Origin: Alphaproteobacteria bacterium
Lineage (GTDB): Bacteria > Pseudomonadota > Alphaproteobacteria > Rs-D84
Assembly: GCA_029059055.1 (NCBI GenBank)
Contig: JAIDWS010000022.1
Coordinates: forward strand, 3,433-67,432
Length of the DNA stretch: 64,000 nucleotides
Direction of reading: 5' to 3'
In this document: piece after piece, positions 54,785 to 64,000 of the stretch
Layout of the letters: every line of letters begins with the position of its first letter
Numbering within the stretch: the first letter of the stretch is position 1
The notes under the pieces: generated by a model
Seen by the model: the letters and a program-made list of their open reading frames with translations, nothing else
Databases searched by the model: none
Told to the model about the DNA's origin: nothing
Program-made: the position numbers and the translations under genes

Positions 54785-57700
54785 ATGAGAAAGATTCTGA
54801 ATTTTTTCGCCATCTGCCTTGTCCCGCTTGCATTCCAGGCGGCGCGGGCCGATGATGCCACCGATGCTGCACGCGCGGCAACGCGGCGCAATGCCGCAAC
54901 CACGGTTGTCGCCAACACATCCACCCGCCAGAAATCAACCACCGCAACAACGCCCGCCACGCCGGCTGTATCGCGTACGGCCACCACGGCAAAAACCGCC
55001 GGCACGGTTCGCGAACGTACCACCACCACATCGGCCAGCCCGCGCAGCACCACCAACGTCGTGAACGTCGAATCCCGGTCTGCCATTACGGGTACAACCG
55101 CCCCCCGGACCGGAACCACGGTCCAATCGCGGACATCTGTAACGCCGACCCGCACAGTTATCCCGGCGCAAACACGCACCGCAACGCCGGTGCGCGGCGC
55201 GACATCGACCACGACCAATATCAACCGGTCTGCCATCACGCGCAGTGCGACGCCGACGCGCACCACCACAACCACCACCACCGGGGCCCGCCGCACAACC
55301 ACCGCGGCCACCACCGCCCGCAGTGCGACCGCCACGGCGGACGCAGACGCCCGCGCGGCGATTATGAACAAAGATTACAAGACATGCCGCGAAGTTTATT
55401 ACAACTGTATGGACGAATTCTGCGCGAACAAGGACGCCCAGCTGAAACGTTGTGCGTGTTCATCCCGCATCCATGAATTTGACAGTGTGAAAAAGCGTCT
55501 GGACAATGTCGAAGAAAAAATGCTGGATTTCAGCCAACGCCTGTTGACGGTCAACATGGACAAAGAAGATGCCGAAGCGTTATTCAAAGCCACCGAAGGT
55601 GAATTGGCATTCCAACAGACCGACACATCCGCGTCCAAGAAAATTCTGGATGAAATCGCGAAAAAATTGCAAACCGGAACCGCCGATTCCCGCACAGAAC
55701 AAAATTTAAGCGCACTGTCATGGTCATTGAACACAGACGCGGCGTTTGACAACATTGATTCCATGCTGGGGGCATCCACCACCGTCAAAGAAGGAACCGC
55801 CCTGTACAGTGCCGCATTACCGGTATGCCGCGAAATGGCGATGGAAGTTTGCGACGAAGACGCATTATCTTTGGCGCAAAGCGGGTATTTAATGATGATT
55901 GAACAGGATTGCACCACCGTTGCCAAGGCATACGAAACCCAAACAGACCAGGCCCGCGAAAAAGTCCGTGAAAGCAGCGCTTTGTTGGACATGTCGCGTC
56001 TGGACATTTATCAGAAACGCAATTCTGACGACATTTTGACATGCAAGAAAAAGATGCTGGACATGTTAACCAATTCGACGGTTTGCGGCACCGATTTGGG
56101 CAAATGTCTGGATACCACGGGCCGTTACATCGACCCGTCAACGGGCGAAGCATTCCTGACCGAAAATTTGGTTGATTTGGCGAACCTGATAACCCGCCCC
56201 AGCGGGGATGAAAAATGGACCACGGCCCCGGGCAACGACCGGTTTGTCACATATCTGAATTCCAAAAAGAAATATTTGGAACCGGCCATGGAAAATTGCC
56301 AGGACATTGCCGACAGCGTCTGGGATGCGTTTATCGAAGACGCCCTGGCCCAGATTAAATTGGCCCAGGAAAGCAAATTGGAAGACATGCGCCAAAGTTG
56401 TACGGCATTGACCACACAATGTTTGTCGGATACGGCACAATCGCTGGCGGATTTTGATGCACGTGCGCTGTCTATCTTTGGGGTCCAGGCCGACAAAACC
56501 GTCAAAGAAATGTGTAAAGAGGTTAAAAATGCCTGTACGGCGTTATTGGACCAAACGGGCGACACCAATTGGACCGGCGGCATGACAGATATTGCGACCG
56601 ACACGACATACGACACCCTGTTGCGGACATGCCGCGAAGTTGGCCGAAACTGCATCATCCAGACATGCAAATCCATTTCCGGGAACTTTGGTTTGTGTGA
56701 AAACATCCAGACATCCATTAACCGTAAATCCATTATTAACCGCACGGCCTGCTGGCAAGAAGTCAATGATTGTGTTGCGGCGGCGGGCGACGACGCCATC
56801 AAGAACATCATGGAACGCCAAACCGGTTTATCTGCTGCCCGGGATACCAATATTAATGCGTTTTATAACGAATTATATGGTATGAATTGGGTCATCAGTA
56901 ACAATTTGAATAAATGCGAAGACAACCAAACCTGTATTTATGATATTTGTCAACAGTCCAATGCGTGCAACAGCCTGGTCGATACAACAACGGAATGTTT
57001 GGTATGCCGCCTGTCGGAAAAGATTTGGGGTAATTGCGAACTGGATCCGTTGACCAATCTGAAATCCCAGGAAAACCATAATAAAATCTTGGACACCAAT
57101 GGGGAAACCCTGTTGTCTTGGTTTGCCATCAACACCGGCACCACCAATGCCCAGGACAGCTGTCGCGATACATCGTGCGGCATTGGATATATCGCATCAT
57201 ATGATGGCAGTGGGAACGTTATCTGTGTGGACAAGGCCAATTATACCGACGGCGAAGAACAATTTTGCCCCTCGTCCCCCAGAATCCAGGTTTCACAGGG
57301 CCTGCAAAATTGCTGTAACAGCAATATGACTGATTTCCACGGCAATTGTTGTACCCAGAAACAGACATCGACCCTGTCTTTTAATCCCGCCAAAACATAC
57401 TTTGGCTCGGCCACAGCATCATCGCCTCGTACGCTGTGCCTGCCCAGTGCAAAATTTGTTTTAACGGTGGATAATGCCGGTTCGGCGGCATATAACATCA
57501 ATACGCATTTAACCCTGGTTTGCACGGGAAAATTGGTGGCCGATGACACCGATGCCGACAAGCGGCCCGCAGATTATCCCAACGGGAAAACAGTTCTCTG
57601 CCAAGACGGCCAGTACGTCTGGGTGAATGCCCGACAGGTTGGCAGTTATGGATATTATTTCGCACCGAATTATGGAAAAACCACCGACAATGGCCCATTA

Positions 57701-57829
57701 AACTTTTATAACAGTGGCCCCAACACCGACGATGTTTGCACATGGTCCCCAACAGACCAAAAATGGTCCGGCGCATGCATGGAATCCGGTACCCCCCTCA
57801 AATGGCAGGTTGGCACCACTGGGAATTAA
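54785..57829 (+). CDS. large secreted protein: T/R/A-rich disordered region, 'CMDEFC' module, long helical middle, Cys-rich C-terminus
   Basis: ATG at 54785 (aaaggATG); the track's start at 54605 would run through tRNA-Leu. Signal peptide MRKILNFFAICLVPLAFQAARA, about 190 aa of T/R/A-rich sequence, then CREVYYNCMDEFCANKDAQLKRCACSSRIHEFD. Confidence 0.7.
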   Translation: MRKILNFFAICLVPLAFQAARADDATDAARAATRRNAATTVVANTSTRQKSTTATTPATPAVSRTATTAKTAGTVRERTTTTSASPRSTTNVVNVESRSAITGTTAPRTGTTVQSRTSVTPTRTVIPAQTRTATPVRGATSTTTNINRSAITRSATPTRTTTTTTTGARRTTTAATTARSATATADADARAAIMNKDYKTCREVYYNCMDEFCANKDAQLKRCACSSRIHEFDSVKKRLDNVEEKMLDFSQRLLTVNMDKEDAEALFKATEGELAFQQTDTSASKKILDEIAKKLQTGTADSRTEQNLSALSWSLNTDAAFDNIDSMLGASTTVKEGTALYSAALPVCREMAMEVCDEDALSLAQSGYLMMIEQDCTTVAKAYETQTDQAREKVRESSALLDMSRLDIYQKRNSDDILTCKKKMLDMLTNSTVCGTDLGKCLDTTGRYIDPSTGEAFLTENLVDLANLITRPSGDEKWTTAPGNDRFVTYLNSKKKYLEPAMENCQDIADSVWDAFIEDALAQIKLAQESKLEDMRQSCTALTTQCLSDTAQSLADFDARALSIFGVQADKTVKEMCKEVKNACTALLDQTGDTNWTGGMTDIATDTTYDTLLRTCREVGRNCIIQTCKSISGNFGLCENIQTSINRKSIINRTACWQEVNDCVAAAGDDAIKNIMERQTGLSAARDTNINAFYNELYGMNWVISNNLNKCEDNQTCIYDICQQSNACNSLVDTTTECLVCRLSEKIWGNCELDPLTNLKSQENHNKILDTNGETLLSWFAINTGTTNAQDSCRDTSCGIGYIASYDGSGNVICVDKANYTDGEEQFCPSSPRIQVSQGLQNCCNSNMTDFHGNCCTQKQTSTLSFNPAKTYFGSATASSPRTLCLPSAKFVLTVDNAGSAAYNINTHLTLVCTGKLVADDTDADKRPADYPNGKTVLCQDGQYVWVNARQVGSYGYYFAPNYGKTTDNGPLNFYNSGPNTDDVCTWSPTDQKWSGACMESGTPLKWQVGTTGN

Positions 57830-57908
57830 ATCATATTGACAAAATCGATTTTTTTGTGATACATTAAAAAATGAAACAAAAAACAATCCATTAAAAAAGG
57901 AGGATAAC

Positions 57909-58355
57909 ATGCGTTTCACAAAAAAATTCCCAATTAACCTGTCCCCAAAATATTTGGCCATGCTGATGCTGGGCGGCGCATCATTGTTTGCATCATGCGA
58001 CAAAGAAAACGAACCCCCGCACGATGTGGAATTGGTATTTCTGGAAAATAATCTTGAAAGTAAATTGGACCCGCGCTTGGAATGGGAAGAATTTATTAAA
58101 CTGGTGGCAGACCCGTCGGTAAATAATATTTATCTGTGTGCTCATGAACGTGGTAATTATGAAGCCAGTATCCCGAAAAATATTGCCAATATGCGCAACT
58201 ATTTTCACGACAGAATCTATTTAGCCCCCCATCGCATTTTTGGTCGTGGCAATTTGAAGTTTAAGCCGGGTGTAATTCCCGAAGCAGACAGTCTGTGGTT
58301 CGTTCAACAGGGCTGGACTGTAAATCAACATTTGTTACAACAAAAACAAAAGTAA
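57909..58355 (+). CDS. lipoprotein, hypothetical
   Basis: Strong SD (aaaaggaggataacATG) and lipobox LFASC followed by DKENE. The gene is AT-rich. Confidence 0.6.
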   Translation: MRFTKKFPINLSPKYLAMLMLGGASLFASCDKENEPPHDVELVFLENNLESKLDPRLEWEEFIKLVADPSVNNIYLCAHERGNYEASIPKNIANMRNYFHDRIYLAPHRIFGRGNLKFKPGVIPEADSLWFVQQGWTVNQHLLQQKQK

Positions 58356-58381
58356 AAATCCGGCATTCCGCCGGATTTTTT
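58355..58381 (+). terminator. intrinsic terminator
   Basis: aaaaatccggcattccgccggatttttt. Confidence 0.65.
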
Positions 58382-58422
58382 GTTTGCTTTTACTGTGCCT
58401 TTTATTCTAATATTTGCATGAG

Positions 58423-59547
58423 ATGAGAAAAATTTTATTAATTCTTTTATCCGCTTATTTTATCCCCATCATGACACCATCCGCGCATGGTGCAACATCG
58501 GCACAAACGTGTGGTGATGCAACCAAGCAATCCGAATGTCCCGCCGGTTGTAGATGGCATACAACATCCGGATGCCTGCAGTGTACTGGGAACACATACA
58601 GTGCCAAGGGCGCCACAAATTGTACATCATGTCCAGACACCCACCCATTGGCACCAGACGGCGCGACCAGTCAGTCCGAATGTTATAAAAAATGCGCGGG
58701 CGAAACCATTGACAACGGAAAATTCAACGATGATGTAATTGCCACCTATGATAATGAATGTAAGCCATCATGCGATAGCAGTGGAAACTGCAACTTTACA
58801 TGCAGTACCACCCAAAACGATGTCTGCACATCCTTTACCCCACAGAATGCCCAATGTGTATCTGCCATTACAGCATGCACCCCCGTACATGGTAAGGAAA
58901 ACACCGGGATAATCCTAACAGTACTCGCTAACCTTCCGACAACTCAGGCATTTTGCTACGCTACATCACAAGCCTCTTGTAAAGAAGATTTCACTTTTAT
59001 AGAATTGACGAAGCAGCCATTCCCATGTTCCACCCACACACTGGGGGTATGTTATTCAAACACGGTAAATTGCAGTGATAAGTTGGGGGCACCCGACAGC
59101 AATGGAAGAATTGATGGTACCGCAGAAATAAACAACGGCAAGTATGATTATTCCAACTGCACATGGACTGTCACCAATGTGGAAATCACCAACGGTACAG
59201 GAAAAAAAACATGTAAATACAAGGGGCCGGTCCCAGATATTAGTACCACCACAAAACGGCCCACTAACGAAGCAGACTGGGGTACCTGTACCACTGAGGC
59301 AACCACTTGCAACACCGGCTTTTGCAAAGATAACACCCAATGCATCACCCCCAGAAAAGGGTACTATGGCGATCGGTATGATTGCCAGAAATGCCCCGCG
59401 GGAACGACAACTGCTGCCACCGGCGCAACCACACAATCCGACTGTATCATGACACGCGGTGCAAACGGGACAAAATTTTGCGATGGCGCCGGAAACTGTT
59501 TTACACTGGGGGGGACCGGAACAATTCCATACAATCCCACAAACTGA
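58423..59547 (+). CDS. secreted Cys-rich protein (family member 6, largest)
   Basis: Signal peptide MRKILLILLSAYFIPIMTPSAHG. Repeats: CLQCTGNTYSAKGATNCTSCPDTHPLAPDGATSQSECYKKC ... YYGDRYDCQKCPAGTTTAATGATTQSDCI. Confidence 0.72.
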   Translation: MRKILLILLSAYFIPIMTPSAHGATSAQTCGDATKQSECPAGCRWHTTSGCLQCTGNTYSAKGATNCTSCPDTHPLAPDGATSQSECYKKCAGETIDNGKFNDDVIATYDNECKPSCDSSGNCNFTCSTTQNDVCTSFTPQNAQCVSAITACTPVHGKENTGIILTVLANLPTTQAFCYATSQASCKEDFTFIELTKQPFPCSTHTLGVCYSNTVNCSDKLGAPDSNGRIDGTAEINNGKYDYSNCTWTVTNVEITNGTGKKTCKYKGPVPDISTTTKRPTNEADWGTCTTEATTCNTGFCKDNTQCITPRKGYYGDRYDCQKCPAGTTTAATGATTQSDCIMTRGANGTKFCDGAGNCFTLGGTGTIPYNPTN

Positions 59548-59557
59548 TTCCGCGTTA

Positions 59558-60085
59558 TTATCCCCCGAATAAATCCAGGTTTTCTATTGCCGCATTGATT
59601 GCGGCAATTTGTGTATCGTCAAATCGGCCCAACACCCAATCTGCCGGCGACATCGGCAAACCCAATGTACGGGGATGGTCAATGCCAATGCGAATCCGAT
59701 GATAATTTGGTCCAACGGCGGCATCAATGGATTTTATACCGTTGTGACCCGCACTGCCCCCACCCATCTTGCGACGGATGGCGCCAACCGACAAATCCAA
59801 ATCATCATGAATGACAATCAAATTATCCAATGGAATTTTATAAAACGCCATTAACGGCCCGACCGCCATACCACTGTTGTTCATATATGTTTGGGGTTTG
59901 ACCAAAATAACCCTGTGCCCGGCCAATGTCAGCGATGTGGTCAACGCATTTTTTTCTTTTTTCCAAACCGCGTCCGCGCCGGCCAAATGGTCCACCGCCA
60001 TAAATCCGACATTGTGCCGCGTGCGCGCATATTGCGTCCCGGGATTGCCCAATCCCACCACCAAAACAGGTTTATTTTCTTGCAT
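59558..60085 (-). CDS. pth: peptidyl-tRNA hydrolase
   Basis: MQENKPVLVVGLGNPGTQYARTRHNVGFMAVDHLA...GGSAGHNGIKSI. Internal ATG at 60085. Confidence 0.9.
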   Translation of the reverse strand: MQENKPVLVVGLGNPGTQYARTRHNVGFMAVDHLAGADAVWKKEKNALTTSLTLAGHRVILVKPQTYMNNSGMAVGPLMAFYKIPLDNLIVIHDDLDLSVGAIRRKMGGGSAGHNGIKSIDAAVGPNYHRIRIGIDHPRTLGLPMSPADWVLGRFDDTQIAAINAAIENLDLFGG

Positions 60086-60132
60086 ATATGTGACTCTTTT
60101 TTCTATTATAATATCACAGAAAGGAGAAAAAT

Positions 60133-60669
60133 ATGAAATTAAAATCTGTGGCGACAATGACTGTCATTTCCGCCCTGGTGGCGGGCCCGGCCAGCGCAAA
60201 TATTTTGTTTGATATATATGCGGGTGGAACCGTGGGTATGGGTGGCGCAACAGTATTTGCCGATGGCCACACCGAATCCGACGGCGCGCAAAGCTATGGC
60301 GCGGTTGTGGGGGTGGATATCCCGGCATTTCGCTTTGAATTGGAATACGATTACCTGAATGATAACGACGCAACGATGCATGTTGGCATGCTGAACGCGT
60401 ATTTCAAGGTTCCGTCCCTGGTGGTAAAGCCATATTTGGGCGTTGGCGTCGGAACGATTTTCGCGGGTGATTACGGCCATATTGATATCGACACATCCGC
60501 CGCATATCAGGGGATGTTGGGGCTGACGTTCGACATCCCGGTGGCACCGATTAAAATCGACGCCGAAGCACGCGCCCTGTACGCGCCGAACATCTTTGAA
60601 ACGGTTGACGATATCAAGCCCGACATTTTACATTATGACCTGCGCTTGAAATTGCGTTACGTATTTTAA
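60133..60669 (+). CDS. small outer-membrane beta-barrel (OmpW/Opa-like porin-family) protein
   Basis: Strong SD and signal peptide MKLKSVATMTVISALVAGPASA. Eight amphipathic strands, ending ...LKLRYVF. Confidence 0.72.
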   Translation: MKLKSVATMTVISALVAGPASANILFDIYAGGTVGMGGATVFADGHTESDGAQSYGAVVGVDIPAFRFELEYDYLNDNDATMHVGMLNAYFKVPSLVVKPYLGVGVGTIFAGDYGHIDIDTSAAYQGMLGLTFDIPVAPIKIDAEARALYAPNIFETVDDIKPDILHYDLRLKLRYVF

Positions 60670-60707
60670 TAACCAAACATCGGGGGCGCGGTGCGCCCCC
60701 ATTTCGG

Positions 60708-63497
60708 ATGACGACCATGCTGACACTGATTGATGGAAATTCACTGCTTTTTCGTGCGTATTACGGCGTACACAGCCGCCTGACGCGGGGCGACGGAACA
60801 CCGACCGGGGCCGTATTCGGGTTCTTTAACATGGTGCTGCCGATTTTGGCGGCGGCGCGCCCCGATGATGCGTTTGTCTGTGTTTTTGACGCATCCCGCA
60901 CCACGTTTCGCCAGGATATCTATCCCCTGTACAAGGCCAACCGGTCCGAAACACCCGCCGATTTAATTACCCAGGGAACATTAATCCGCGCCGGCATGGC
61001 GGCGTGCGGGATGCCGGTTCTGTGCATCCCCGGGGTCGAAGCCGATGATGTTATCGCAACCCTGGCGGCGGCGAACTGTGACAATCCGGGCGGCACGCGC
61101 ATCATCACCAGTGACAAAGACCTGATGCAATTGGTGTCGGATTGCGTCTTTTTATACGACGGGATGAAGCAACGCGAAATCCGCGCCGATGGGGTTCTGG
61201 AAAAATTCGGTGTCCGCCCCGACCAGGTTGTTGATGTGCAAAGCCTGATGGGCGATTCGTCTGATAATGTTCCGGGCGTCCCCGGCATCGGCCCGAAAAA
61301 GGCCGCAGAATTAATCAATCAATTCGGCAATCTGGACAATCTGTACGCGAATTTGGCCGATGTCAAAAATGACCGCATCCGTCAATTACTGACCGACCAT
61401 CGTGAAATGGCGTATATATCGCGCCGGTTGGTGACGCTGAAAACCGACGTGGATTTGGACGGATTGGTTATCCAACCGTTCCAGTTCAACACACCCGCCG
61501 CACTGGAATTCGTCAAGACCAAGGTCGAAAGCAATTCTTTGGCGGCAAAAATTGAGAAAGCATTCCCCAGTTCCGATTACAACGCCGCCACCCAACCGCC
61601 CGCCACAGAATATCCCGGGTCGGCATGCCCCATGGAAATGATTTTACCGACCGCGGACGACACGCGCACGGCCCTGGCCCCGCAAACATATGAAACAATT
61701 ACAACCACGGCACAACTGGATGCGTTTTTGGCCACAGTGACCGATATCTTGGCACTGGACACGGAAACAACCGGCCTGAACCAAATGACGGATAAAATTG
61801 TCGGCATATCGCTGGCGGCAAACGACCATCATGGGGTATATATTCCCATCCGCCATCGGGGCGCATCGGATGATTTATTTGGCGACGGGGTATCCGCCCC
61901 CACCCAGTTGGATATCAACACCGTGCGTGATAAATTGTCGCCGGTTCTGACCAACCCCGATATTGTAAAGGTCGGCCACCATCTGAAATACGATTTCCAC
62001 ATCTTGGCCAACGACGGGTGGGACACAACCGCCATCCGCCCGTTTGATGACACGTTGCTGTTATCATATGCACTGCACGGGACATTGCATGCGCACGGGT
62101 TGGACGAATTGGCGCGGCGATATCTGAGCCATGAAAACATCGCGTTTGAATCCCTGTTTCCGCCCAAAACGCGGGACGCCGACCGCCGATTCGACACGCT
62201 GGACGTGGCGGCCGCCACACCATATGCCGCCGAAGATGCCACAGTTTGTCTGGCCCTGTACAAATTAATGCGCCCGCAATTGAATGCCGACGAAAAATTA
62301 CGCCGGTTATATGAAACATGCGACCTGCCCTTGATGCCGGTATTGCTGCAAATGGAACGCGATGGCGTCTTGGTGAATCAGCCAGGCCTGCACCAGTTGT
62401 CGGGGGTATTTCACACCCAACTGGCCAAACTGGAACAGGAAATCTGGACGGATGCCGGCCATGAATTTAATATCGCCAGCCCCAAGCAATTGGGCATTGT
62501 GCTGTTTGATGAATTAAACCTGCCGGCGAACAAGAAACGGTCCACCGACGCCGATACTTTAAACGATTTGGTGGACGCGCACCCCATTATTGAAAAGATT
62601 CTGCAATGGCGTTCTATTGCAAAGCTGGCGGGGACATACGCGGACGCGTTGCCGCGCCAAATTGCATCCGACGGCCGCATTCATACCACATATTTGCAAA
62701 CCAGCACCAACACAGGCCGTCTGTCGTCGCGGGACCCGAATTTGCAAAACATCCCGATTAAAACAGAACTGGGCGAAGAAATTCGTAAATGCTTTGTCGC
62801 GCCAGCGGGCCGCGTATTAATATCGGCGGATTATTCACAGATTCAGTTGCGTCTGTTGGCGGATGTGGCGGGCGTCAAAACATTTACCGACACGTTTAAC
62901 AGCGGCGCCGACATCCACGAACAAACCGCCCGCCAAATCTTTGACATCGCGCCCGACATGCCTGTTCCGCGGGATTTGCGCCGCGCGGCCAAAACGGTGA
63001 ATTTTTCCATTATTTACGGCATATCATCGTTCGGTCTGGCGTCCCAGCTGGGCGTAACGCGCAGCGAAGCCCAATCCATCATCAATTCATACATGGCGGG
63101 ATTGCCGGAAATCCGGGAATACATCGAAAAAATCAAAGACTTTGCATTGGAAAACGGATGCGTGTACACCCCGTGGGGCCGACGCATTGAATTGCCGGAT
63201 ATCAAGAATCCGCGCATGCGCGCGTACGCCATGCGTGCGGCGGTCAACGCCCCGATTCAGGGATTCGAAGCCGACCTGATGCGGCGGGCCATGATTAACA
63301 TCCACCGCAATGTTACAGACGCGGCACCGGACAAAATCAAAATGATTATGCAGGTGCATGATGAAATGGTCTTTGAATGCGACGCGGACATGGCGGACAC
63401 ATTTGCGCATCAAATCCGCGCCGAAATGGAATCGGTCGCCAAATTATCGGTACCATTATTGGCCGAATACGTCATCGCCCCGGTGTGGGGGAAATAA
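60708..63497 (+). CDS. polA: DNA polymerase I
   Basis: 929 aa: 5' nuclease (LIDGNSLLFRAYYG), 3'-5' exonuclease (LALDTETTGL) and polymerase motifs (DYSQIQLRLLA, RRAAKTVNFSIIYG, QVHDEMVFE). Confidence 0.95.
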   Translation: MTTMLTLIDGNSLLFRAYYGVHSRLTRGDGTPTGAVFGFFNMVLPILAAARPDDAFVCVFDASRTTFRQDIYPLYKANRSETPADLITQGTLIRAGMAACGMPVLCIPGVEADDVIATLAAANCDNPGGTRIITSDKDLMQLVSDCVFLYDGMKQREIRADGVLEKFGVRPDQVVDVQSLMGDSSDNVPGVPGIGPKKAAELINQFGNLDNLYANLADVKNDRIRQLLTDHREMAYISRRLVTLKTDVDLDGLVIQPFQFNTPAALEFVKTKVESNSLAAKIEKAFPSSDYNAATQPPATEYPGSACPMEMILPTADDTRTALAPQTYETITTTAQLDAFLATVTDILALDTETTGLNQMTDKIVGISLAANDHHGVYIPIRHRGASDDLFGDGVSAPTQLDINTVRDKLSPVLTNPDIVKVGHHLKYDFHILANDGWDTTAIRPFDDTLLLSYALHGTLHAHGLDELARRYLSHENIAFESLFPPKTRDADRRFDTLDVAAATPYAAEDATVCLALYKLMRPQLNADEKLRRLYETCDLPLMPVLLQMERDGVLVNQPGLHQLSGVFHTQLAKLEQEIWTDAGHEFNIASPKQLGIVLFDELNLPANKKRSTDADTLNDLVDAHPIIEKILQWRSIAKLAGTYADALPRQIASDGRIHTTYLQTSTNTGRLSSRDPNLQNIPIKTELGEEIRKCFVAPAGRVLISADYSQIQLRLLADVAGVKTFTDTFNSGADIHEQTARQIFDIAPDMPVPRDLRRAAKTVNFSIIYGISSFGLASQLGVTRSEAQSIINSYMAGLPEIREYIEKIKDFALENGCVYTPWGRRIELPDIKNPRMRAYAMRAAVNAPIQGFEADLMRRAMINIHRNVTDAAPDKIKMIMQVHDEMVFECDADMADTFAHQIRAEMESVAKLSVPLLAEYVIAPVWGK

Positions 63498-63872
63498 TTA
63501 CGCCCCCGCGTCCGCATAAGCGGCCGGCACGCGCACCAAATCATCGGTCAGCCGGGCGATTATTTTTACCTGGTCCGGCGTCATCTTGTACAGATTCTGC
63601 ATAATGTGCATCAGTTTCGGGTCCTGGGTATATTCAGAATCGGCTTCTTGTAAAAATTGTCCCATGGGAATTCCGAGACATTTACACATATCATACAGAC
63701 GTGATACTGCCATGCGGTTGCCCGCGCATTCATATTTTTGCACCTGTTGAAACGAACATCCCATCGCCGATGCCAAATCTTTCTGCGACAGACCGTGCCG
63801 CGCACGATGCAATGCGATTAATCGTCCCAAACGCTTATCAAAATCGGTTAAAACCGTGCTTTTTCCTGACAT
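63498..63872 (-). CDS. XRE-family helix-turn-helix transcriptional regulator
   Basis: Internal ATG at 63872 gives MSGKSTVLTDFDKRLGRLIALHRARHGLSQKDLASAMGCSFQQVQKYECAGNRMAVSRLYDMC. The track's longer start would translate the leader RNA. Its stop abuts the polA stop. Confidence 0.8.
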   Translation of the reverse strand: MSGKSTVLTDFDKRLGRLIALHRARHGLSQKDLASAMGCSFQQVQKYECAGNRMAVSRLYDMCKCLGIPMGQFLQEADSEYTQDPKLMHIMQNLYKMTPDQVKIIARLTDDLVRVPAAYADAGA

Positions 63873-64000
63873 GCCGCCCCCATATTTATACATATAAAAA
63901 TCCGCCATATACATATAAGGCGGGTTGGAGTTGAGAACAACTATAAAACAAATTGCCTGGCTTATTGGATATTCACCAGACTCCAACCCAACACAGGTCA
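63873..64000 (-). promoter_or_regulatory. structured leader RNA, copy D (5' part beyond the window)
   Basis: Minus-strand sense ...gggttggagt-ctgg-UGAAUAUCCAAUAAG-ccag-...-actccaaccc, then terminator ccgcc-ttatatgtatat-ggcgg-AUUUUU. It is collinear with copy A. Confidence 0.5.

Noticed and set aside
54754-55371. A 205-aa minus-strand ORF (Val/Ala/Arg-rich) and similar ORFs at 36145-36600
   Set aside because: They are antisense translations of the Thr/Arg/Ala-rich low-complexity tracts of the secreted proteins, and have no start context.

Overview
This 64 kb window is from a Gram-negative chromosome. Gene content and protein N-termini (SSB '[13 protein letters not shown]', RodZ, an autotransporter, TolC) look alphaproteobacterial and host-associated, but that taxonomic guess is inference only.

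The backbone carries housekeeping genes: prfA, hisS, tkt, rnhA, rlmE, uvrA, rodZ-like, dus, ftsB-like, rho, ssb, eno, pth and polA. There are three tRNAs: Arg-TCT, Pro-TGG and Leu-GAG.

Accessory content:
- A YbhGFSR-like ABC efflux operon with HlyD and TolC.
- A visibly AT-rich type II-C CRISPR-Cas locus: a 1025-aa Cas9, Cas1, Cas2, 14 repeats of 36 nt, 13 spacers of 30 nt, and a predicted tracrRNA.
- Two glycosyltransferase clusters.
- A 1741-aa autotransporter and several outer-membrane beta-barrel proteins.
- Scattered phage remnants: an orphan tail-fibre-like gene, an overlapped spanin-like pair and an Imm-like peptide.

The most unusual signals:
1. A structured 5' leader RNA of about 210-240 nt recurs five times. 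It has conserved loops, co-varying stems and an intrinsic terminator. I cannot assign it to any known riboswitch or leader family.
2. Four of the five leader copies precede members of a six-member paralogous family of signal-peptide-bearing, extremely Cys-rich proteins. Their repeats look like eukaryotic ephrin-receptor-like/GCC2_GCC3/furin-like modules. The fifth leader copy precedes an XRE-type regulator.
3. Two secreted proteins pair a Thr/Arg/Ala-rich disordered region with a shared 'CMDxFC' Cys module.
4. A stand-alone SRP54 M-domain gene.
5. An in-frame split, polyvalent-protein-like two-gene module abuts the degenerate end of the CRISPR array.

All functional calls rest on my own reading of the translations and sequence. 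No database search was run.
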